From a bacterium (GTDB lineage Bacteria; Zhuqueibacterota; Zhuqueibacteria; Residuimicrobiales; Krinioviventaceae): a stretch of DNA of 64,000 nucleotides. Of the stretch, positions 27,868-37,700 are shown one piece after another (positions within the stretch are counted from its first letter, which is position 1; every line of letters starts with the position of its first letter). Where the stretch lies: assembly GCA_963693055.1 (NCBI GenBank), contig OY843751.1, forward strand, positions 5,184,001 through 5,248,000, in the 5' to 3' direction. The notes below the pieces were generated by a model. It had not been told where the DNA came from. It saw nothing but the letters and a program-made list of their open reading frames with translations, and searched no databases. The translations under genes and the position numbers were made by a program.

Positions 27868-28684
27868 CGATCCCCTCCTTGGTTTGTTTTTTTTTCGAGG
27901 GGTATAACACCTTTAATTGCTCCAATAACTCTACATAGATCGGCGGCCATTTGTCACCCTGTTTATGATGCTCAAAAATATCCAGGTACTCACGGGTCAA
28001 ACGCTCACTTTGGCCTAATAACCGACTGATCTCTTTGATATCCTGCATACCATGATTCAGTAATAACAACAGCCTGCCAAAGCTGCACACATATCGTTTT
28101 ATTGAAAACGCGCTATGACGACTTTTACGAATAATTGCATCGTATGTGTCTCCCTGCAAATACAGTTCAATAATGTGGCTTTTGTGTGACAAGCTCCGAC
28201 CGATGTCATGGTCTGTTCCGCGCGTGTGAATAAAGTTGCCATCAGTCTGCAAAGACTTTATATCCTGGCGTACAGTGCGGCTCGTAACCTGGAGGATCCG
28301 GGCCAAATCCTCTTGTGTCAAAGAACCTTCCTGATCCCAGGCTTCTTCGGTCAATCGTAAGACCTTTAACTGGCGCAGTGCCTTGGGACCGCTTTCTTTT
28401 AATACATTTAAATCTTCTACACCGGCATCCAGTGTTAACTCTACTTCTTTCAATTCCTGCTCACCCAGGGGCTTGCCATGTTTTGCCTTGGTGGATGCGC
28501 AGATATATTTTATTTTACCAACTGTCTGGGGAACCTCGCCAAATAAACACTGCTTGGCTAAATCCAATATCCCTTTACTTTCTGCCGGTGATAATTCAAA
28601 TTCTTTTCGTAAAGAATTGATGAATACTTGCTCGGGTGTTTTTTCTAATATCCTGTCATACAAACTACTACGAGTATTGTACAT
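27857..28684 (-). CDS. DUF1670-like protein A (multi-HTH)
   Basis: RLTEEAWDQEGSLTQEDLARILQVTSRTVRQDI, TRG..HDIGRSLSHKSHIIELYLQG, RHSAFSIKRY; overlaps the start of gene B. Confidence 0.8.
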   Translation of the reverse strand: MYNTRSSLYDRILEKTPEQVFINSLRKEFELSPAESKGILDLAKQCLFGEVPQTVGKIKYICASTKAKHGKPLGEQELKEVELTLDAGVEDLNVLKESGPKALRQLKVLRLTEEAWDQEGSLTQEDLARILQVTSRTVRQDIKSLQTDGNFIHTRGTDHDIGRSLSHKSHIIELYLQGDTYDAIIRKSRHSAFSIKRYVCSFGRLLLLLNHGMQDIKEISRLLGQSERLTREYLDIFEHHKQGDKWPPIYVELLEQLKVLYPSKKKQTKEGIDED

Positions 28685-28769
28685 TTGTCCTCCGGTAAGT
28701 TTTAAAATCTTTGTTTGACTTCCGGTTACTTCTAGTAAATACTATATGAAATAACCGCCTTTTTTCCAA

Positions 28770-28789
28770 AACCTACCGGAAAATTTTCC
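28770..28789 (-). repeat. Right terminal inverted repeat
   Basis: aacctaccggaaaattttcc. Confidence 0.8.
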
Positions 28790-31700
28790 TTATTTGAGGA
28801 AAACTATTTCTCTTATTTGTTTAAAGGTACCGGCCTTCATTTGTACAAAATAAACACCGCTACTAACCAGGTTGCCAACATCGTTATTTCCGTCCCACAC
28901 CTTGTTATGAACACCTGCATCCATCTTGGTGCTTACCAGGGTTCTTACCGGTTGTCCCAATACATTAAAGATTGTGATCTCTACCTTTGAATCCTGAGGC
29001 AGACTGTACTGGAATGTCGTACGGTTGTTGAACGGGTTTGGATAGTTTTGGCTCAATTCAAATTTCGTTGGTAATTTCATACCAGCTACCTGGGTTTCTA
29101 TATCACTCAACAGAATGAACTGGTGATTGCTCGAGTTACGTAAATCAACCTTGTTCAAGGTAACCTGTGACTCTGCGGCCAGATCAACACGTTCGAACTC
29201 GATTGTTGCCAGAACACCGGTCCCTGCAATTTCGGGTGAAATTTCGGCAGAAGCCAGGCGAGACAGAGATATATCCAGCACACCTGCTTTTGACTGATCA
29301 TCCGCAAAAAATGCAATTGCCGTATTATTGTCATTCAACAAATCACCAGCACTTGCTGATTTATAACGCAATACCAGGGGATCATATTTAACCTGTAAAT
29401 GTCCCATACCCAGGTTTGCGATCTCTTGCGCGGTGATATTCAGTTTCACGGTACGTTCTTTTTCCTGATCAGGTACATCGGCCCAACCAATTTTATTGGT
29501 AACCTTGGACAGTGAAGATCCTGTATTCTTGTAATTGTCGTGGTACCAGTTCCACATCTGGGTAAAGACAAACAAATCTTCGTATGAAACCTCATTATCT
29601 GGAGTAGCAGTCAGGAACGGCATTGAACCTGTAGCCGGACCAATATCGCCACCCGTAGGATTCGTTGTATTCCAATAGGTAGCCAGCAATACAAAATCGC
29701 GGGTATCAATAGCCAGACTGTTGTCAAAATCTCCCAGCAATCGGGAATTGGTGGTTCCGCTAACATACGGTGATTCCAATGTAGGATTCTGTGATTGCAC
29801 CGCAATTGCTGTACTGTTTGGATCCCAGAGATTGAAAGAACTAAACGATACAGGATTACTGCTGGTAGTACTCAAAATTTGGAAACGTAGTGCGTAAAGT
29901 GTACCGGTTCCGTTGATTCCGGCAGTTCCGGCATTCACATTACGTCCCAATTGAATGGTGATTCTGCCATTCACATCGGTCACCGATTGAATCAGGGATG
30001 AACCATCCTGGCTCAGAAAAGATCCGGCGTAATGCCCAACAAAATCCAGAGCGGTTGTATCATAATCCAGGCTAATGTAGCAGGAATCCACATTCACCAA
30101 AGATTCACCATTAATGTTCAAGGTAACATAATTGCCAACCAGTCCCAGAATTTGTGTAGGTTCTGTAACCAGTCTTGAAGAACCAACAAAGTAACGACCT
30201 GTTCCGTATCCGTTCTTGTCACCGCTTACCGCTTTAACAACTACACTGCGAGTACCATCATAAGTTGATGTATTCAGGGTGGTATAGGTGACAACATAAA
30301 GGGATGTCAGTACATCCTTGAGGTCATCAATCACATTACTCATATCCTGCTCATAGGAAATCAAAGCACCACCCGTAACATATGGCAGCATGTAAGAATT
30401 GTTTTCACTGTCTGGTCCAATATAGTGGCAAACAATTCCCTGTTCTTTCAACATATATGCCAATGAACTGTCCGTATATTCAACACCACTGATCTGGGCT
30501 GTTGTATAATGGGAATTATTGGTAATTACCATTACGGCTTTTGCTGCATAATTTCTGAATCCCAGTCGAGATGCCTTGTAAACCGCAAGCAAAGAATTGG
30601 TTACACCATCACCCTGCGTATCAGAAACAGTTTCAAGAGTTTCAAACCAAGCCTTAAACTGTTTACTGTCTGACGTCAATTCACCCACAGTGCTGATGGC
30701 ATCGCTATAGGTTACCAAACCAAATCGATAATCAATTCCGTGAGTGCTCAGCGAATCTCCCAAAGCAGAGAGATATGTTTTTAAAGATGAAACTGTACTT
30801 GCCATGTTGGTAGAGATATCAACAACAAAAACCATATCAAGCTTTGCAGGATGGCTGCTGCTGACCTTATTGACACTGGTCACAGATTCATCTATACCAT
30901 TTTCAGTGATATCAAAATTACCAATTGATAAACCATCAACAACCTGAACGCGTGCGTCGTCGCTGGATGTATCGATCACAGAAACATAGGTATTAATTTG
31001 GGGGAATTGTTCACTATTTATACCATGTACAAGCAGGTAATATCCGCTTGTGGTGGTATTTTCATCTACATTAATATAACTCTCTCGTGTACGGGTCTTT
31101 TGAGTCAAACCATCCGATACTGTTAATTTAACAGTATAAGAACCCGGTTCGGTATAGGTAAATGCCGGATTTTCTTCTTCAGAATCAATTGTACCGTCAC
31201 CATCAAAATCCCATTTCCAACTGGTAACAGAACCTGAGGTAGATGCAGTTTCAATATAATTAATAGACGGTTTCAAATCTGTAAATTGAGGATTACTGCC
31301 AAACAGAGCACCTTCCGGTTCGATTTCAGTGAGAGTGTTGATTACAATCACCTGTCCGGTCACACCGTCAATGTTACAGACATTCCAGTAATCACCTTCA
31401 CCAATCGTAGGCACATGTATGGTTTCAAGCAAGCCAGTATCCCCAAAAACCTGTACAGTACCATTGGATTGGGTTATTTCCGGACTACCGGAATAGTTGT
31501 GTACATATACCTTGTAGGTACCGGTATATCGATTGTACATAGTAATGGTTTCAGGGCCATAGGCACTGGTATCATCAATATCCAGTTCAACAAAGGGTGC
31601 ATTGGTGCTGCTTCCCTTGCTACTGTAATACACTTCATACTTGTTACCCTCAATTGTTGGGGTCAGCATGTGGATATCCAGATCTGAGGGAGTATCTCCC

Positions 31701-34700
31701 CAGGTGAGAACAACACGCATCTGACCTTCACCAATCTCGGGTGACAGTGCAACATTCACAGTCACTCCCGATCCTTCAACCGAGGTCAACTGTTCATAAC
31801 CGTAATAACCTTCAGCGGATACTGACAACAACTGCGCACCGGTTGAAGATTTGTCCTCAAACTGTACAGTGAGCGGATTGGTACCCGATCTTGGTGAACC
31901 TGTAAAATCAGCCGAAAGTGTTCCCACCAGTACATTTGTTAATTCGTAATTACCATTTTCGTCGGTTGTTGTGGTTTGACCGGCAATAACTATAGTTGCT
32001 CCGGCAATAGGGTCACCATTTACAGCGTCAGTTACTTTACCGCTAACAGTAGCATAGCTGCCGCTTACGGTTACATAATTTTCTTTAATTTCCACATCCT
32101 CATTTTCACCATTGGAAATGGTTAATTTAACCGTATAGGTTCCCGGGGTAGCATAAATATGGGTAGGATTTTGTGAAATATCATCAACAACACCATCATT
32201 ATCAAAGTCCCATTTCCAGCTGGTTGATTCAGTGTTCATAACAGCACCCTGAGAATACTGTGGCTGTGGGGCTTTGACTGCATAAGTTTGCGGTGTAAAC
32301 AGTGCACCTTCAGGAGCAGAAGAACCAATGGTATTGACAACTGTAACATTACCGGTAGCACCGTCAATATCACAAACATACCAGTAATGTCCTTCACCAC
32401 TTGTAGGTACATTGATTGTTTCTTTTAATCCGGTATCACCAAAAACCTGAAGTGAAGCGCCAGAGGTAACAATATCTGGTGACCCCGAATAATTATAAAT
32501 GAACACTTTATAAGTTCCGGCAAACTGATCATACAATGTGATAGTCTCAGGACCATAAGCACTGGTATCATCAATATCCAGTTCAGCGTAAGGAGCGCTT
32601 GTGCTGCTGCCTTTGCTGCTATAGTATATTTCATAGGTATTACCTTCAATTGCAGGTGTTTTCATATGCAAATCCAGATCACTGGGTGCATCACCCCACG
32701 AGAGTACAACACGCATCTGACCTTCACCAATCTCGGGTGACAGAGAAATATTCAGAACCGTTCCCGATTCAGCAATAGAAAGCAATTGATTATAACTGTA
32801 ATATCCTTCAAAATCAAAGTATACCCGCTGTGCGTTAACTGAAGACAAGTCCTGGAACTGTACTTCAAGAGGCGCACTACCCGTGCGGGGATAGCCGGAA
32901 AACGCAGCGGATAATGTTTCAAGCGGAACATTATTCAACACATAATTACCCGACGCATCAGTAGTAGTCGTCATACCTGCTACTGTTACGGTTACGTTCT
33001 CAAGAGGATCACCGGTAACCGCGTCTATTACTTTACCGCTTATGGAGCCATAATTTCCGGTAACAGTTATATATTCTTGTTTAATTTCAGAATCTGTGTG
33101 CTCACCATCGCTTACCGTCAACTTTACTGTATAGGTACCCGGTGTTGTGTAAACAAAAGTAGGATTCTGAGAATCATCATCGATCACACCATCATTATCA
33201 AAATCCCAGTGCCATGATGTAACTTCATTACCGGAATTGACTCCCTGAGACAATTGTGGTTGTGGCTCCTTGGCTGCATAAGTCAATGGGTTCAGTACAG
33301 CACCAGCCGGTTCTTCGTTTTCTATAGTATTAACTACAGTAACCGCACCGGTTTCACCATCAATATCACAGGCATACCAGTAAAGGCCTGTTCCCGTGGT
33401 GGGCACATTAATAGTCTCAATCAATCCTGCTCCACCAAACACCTGTATAGTACCTGATGAAGTAGTAATATCGGGTGAACCTGAATAATTGTGAATAAAC
33501 ACTTTGTAGGTTCCGGTAAACTGGTCATACAAGGTTATAGTTTCAGGGCCATAAGCACTGGTATCATCAATATCCAACTGAGCAAAAGGTGCGCTGTCAC
33601 TGTTTCCTTTGTTACTGTAATAAATTTCATATGGAGTACCACCAATATCAGGTGTCAGCATATGCAGATCCAGATCACTAGGCGCAGAGCCCCATGTCAG
33701 AACAACACGCATCTGGCCTTCACCCACTTCGGGAGAGAGAGATACATTTAACGTTGTACCTTCATCATCCAGAGAAACAAGCTGGTTATAAGCATAATAT
33801 CCATCAACACTAAAGAATACACGCTCGGAATTTGAAGACGACAAGTCCTGGAATTGAACCGAAAGCGGTGCATTTCCTGAACGAGGATACGCGGAAAATG
33901 CGGCGGATATATCAGCAAGAGGTACATTATCGATTTGATAATATCCCTCGGAATTGGTTGTTGTGGTACGGCCGGCTATTGTAACGGTTACGCTTTCAAG
34001 AGGGTTACCATTCACAGCATCGGTCACATATCCATTGATTGAACCAGTACTGCCAATAACCGTAACATAATGTTCTTTAATTTCGGTATCTGTATTTTCA
34101 CCATCCGACACTGTCAATTTCACAGTATAGGTACCACCTGCTTCAAAGGTATATGAAGGATTCTGGTCGGTGGCATCTACTGTACCATCATTGTCAAAAT
34201 CCCATTGCCAGCTGGTAATCGCATTTGTTGAGGCGCCACTGTTTCGAGCCATTTGCGGTAATTCGGGTTTTACTTCTGCCTGCTCTGCATTAAATACAGC
34301 ACCATCCGGCGCGCTGCTGCTAAGCGTATTAACAACGGTTACAGAACCGGTTGCGCCATCCACATCACAAACATACCAGTAATTTCCTTCACCGGTATTG
34401 GGAACGTAAATGGTTTCCAGAATTCCCTGATCATTATAAATTCGTACTACACCGTTCGAAGCGGTGATAGCCGGAGTACCTGAATAATTGTACACGTAAC
34501 ATTTATAAGTTCCGGTAAAGGTATCGTACAATGTTATGGTTTCAGGACCATAACCATTTGTATCATCCAGATCTAACAATGCATAGGGTGCAGCACTGCT
34601 GTTTCCTTTATAGCTGTAATAAACTTCGTATGTATCACCTTCAATCTCTGGTGTCAGCAGATGAACATCCAGATCGAGTGGGGTTGCGCCCCAACTCAAA

Positions 34701-37700
34701 ACAATTCGCATACCTCCTTCTTCAATAGTCGGAGACATGGAAACATTAAAAGTTGTCACATCACTGGAAACATTCACCAAAGTGGAATAATCGGTATAGC
34801 CTGTTGCAGATACTGACAAGAGCATACGTCCGAATGCTGACAGGTCAGAAAACTGCACATTCAACGGAGCATTTCCGGAACGAGGATTCGCGATAAAATC
34901 AGCAACCAGGTCCGTAACCGGTACATCTGTAAAACTGTAATACCCATCAACATCTGTAGTTGTGGTATACTCACCCAGTCTAACAGTAGCTCCGGGGATT
35001 CCATCACCATTTACCGCATCGGTAATCTGTCCGTTCAAATCACCGGCATTATCATTATCATCCAGAACATGAATATATTCATATCGAATTTTTTGCTGAT
35101 TGTTTGCACCAAAAGGAGCAAAAAGTTTAACAGTATACACGCCCGGCTCAGTAAACGTAAAAGAAGGGTTCTTTTCATTCTCACCCACTACATCAATATC
35201 ATTGTCATTTTGAAAATCCCATGACCAATATGTCGGGGTTCCACCCGAGGCATAACCGTAAAACTGCACTGTCAGGGGAGCATATCCCGAAGTCACATTC
35301 GCATAAAAATCAACACCCTGTGCTTCAGGTGCACCAAAACGGATCATTCCGGCATCCTGAGTACCAAACCAGAGGTTACCATTGGGTTCTACCAAAACAT
35401 TCTTAGCGCGAGGCATTTCTGAACAGAGCTCAGCACTTTCTGCATCAAAAGTAGTCCAGCTTACGCCATCGTAACGGGCTATTCCTGAATTTGCGCTTGC
35501 AGCCCAGATATTACCACTGCTGTCAACACCAACTGATGAATAATACAATCCTGCTTCACCATCATCAATAGGAGTATGAACAGTAAAATTATCCTGATCG
35601 GTAAACTCTACAATACCACCATGATAAAGGGCCATCCAGGCTTTACCATTTTTACCAAAAACGACATTATATACAACATCATAGGGCAAACCATCTTCGG
35701 AAGTAAAAGTTTCCCAACTATTTTCCTGATAATCAAAAGCATTCAATCCGCCGCCATTGGTACTGATCAGCATCATGGTTTCATCAGGCACCTTGGTTAC
35801 ACGGTTTACCTGATTTTCTGTCAAACCGCTGTTTTCTTTGGTATAAACAGTCCAGGTATTCCAGTCATAATGCGCCAAGCCTGCGTCTGTTGCAATCCAG
35901 ATCGTAGTATCAGGTGCTACATAAATATCATTCACTCCCGATTCTGTTGGATCATGAAATGTAGTATCCGTAGGACTAAACATTCTAACACCGGAACTCA
36001 AACCATACCAGCGACGTCCTGAACTATCAACAGCTACGGCATTCACCTGCGGCCAGTTATCATTATTGGTAACCTGAAAATTTCTCCAATAAATACCGGA
36101 ATACTCGGTAACACCCTGACTGGTTGCAACCACAACCGTGCTGTCAAAGGGATCAAAAGCCATTTGATTCACAACAGGTTGATCTGCTCCGGGAAACATG
36201 GTTTCACGTGGAATACAGGTCCAGCTATAATTTTCCGGTTGAGTTATCCGTACAGTAATCAGATTGGTTTCTGTAGCAGTATTCTGTTCTTCACCATCAG
36301 ATACTGTCAGTGCCACTGTATAGGTTCCGGGATATTCATAAACATGTGAAGGATTTTGGCTGTCATCAACAGAACCATCACCAAAGCTCCAACTCCAGGA
36401 AACAGGATCTCCGGTTGATTGATCAGTAAAGTTAACAGTCAGCGGAGCTGTACCTGTAACCGGGGATGCCTGAAAAGCGGCAAGGAACGGTTCAACAGCA
36501 TATTTGAGAATAATTCCGTTTTGTCCCACCATATAGCCATCACCAGAATTATGCATATCAACAGAATATAAGGAATGATACAAGCTTCCCAATTCGGTAA
36601 TCGCCCAGGTTGTGCCACCGTCTTCAGTTATTGCAACCTCGGCACCTTCCATTCCAATAAAACCATGATTTTCATCAAGAAAGTCTACAGACAAAAAACT
36701 TTTTGGAGGACTGGCCCAAACATACTCTGACCAGTTTTCACCAGCATCAGTGGTTTTTACCAGCATTCCCGCGCGACCAACCGCGAAACCGGTATTCGCA
36801 TTAACAAAGTGAACATCCCACAGCTTTTGCGATGTATCCAGAATTTTAGTCCAGTTTGCGCCGGCATCTGTGGTTTTATACACAAAGCCGGAATTTGAAT
36901 TCACTGTATTTCCACCAACAACATAACCGACATTTGCGTCAATAAATTCGACCGCAGTTACAGGAAACGTTTCTTTTGCAATTGCAATTTCATTCCAATT
37001 TTCACCGCCATCTGTGGTTTTCAAGATCCAACCACCAGAATTTGATCCCAAATAGTTGAAACCGGTAATATAACCGGTATTGGCGTCAGTAAACCAGACA
37101 TCGTCATGGAAATAACCACTGGCATGGTTAGAACTTGACCAGGTTTCACCACCATTGGTGGTTTTGGCAATAAAACCATTATTGCCTACAATATAACCCG
37201 TATTATCATCTATAAAATATACATCAGAAAGTCTGTCATTAAAATCTGTGCGTGACCAAACCATTCCATCATCTGTTGTTTTCAACAGATGACCATTTGT
37301 CCAACCGCCAACCGCAATAGCCGTGGTTTCATTCAACACCTGAACATCATATAATGATTCTTCTACATCTGCACCCAAACGTACACGTTTCCAGTCATCA
37401 AATGTTTGGGTTTCCTGCATGGTAATATATTCAACTTTTTCTTCTGTGTCGGTTTCAACACCTTGGGTAACTGTTAATGAAACTGTATACATACCTGCAG
37501 CAGAATAATAATGTCTTGGATTTTGTTCGGTACTGGTTGTACCATCTCCAAAATTCCATGCCCATGCACTAATATCACCAGTGGACTGATCGGTAAAAAC
37601 AATTTCCTGTGCAGCATAACCTGTAGTAGGTACGCCCATAAAGGCAGCATTTAATGGAACCTGACTATTAACATATACTGCACCCGCAGTATTGACTGTA

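Larger units (their letters stand above)
26917..28789 (-). mobile_element. Putative novel IS-like element: two DUF1670-like genes, 20-bp TIRs, TTA direct repeats
   Basis: Left end ggaaatatttccggtaggtt (26917-26936) versus right end aacctaccggaaaattttcc (28770-28789) is an 18/20 inverted match. TTA lies at 26914-26916 and 28790-28792. Confidence 0.8.
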
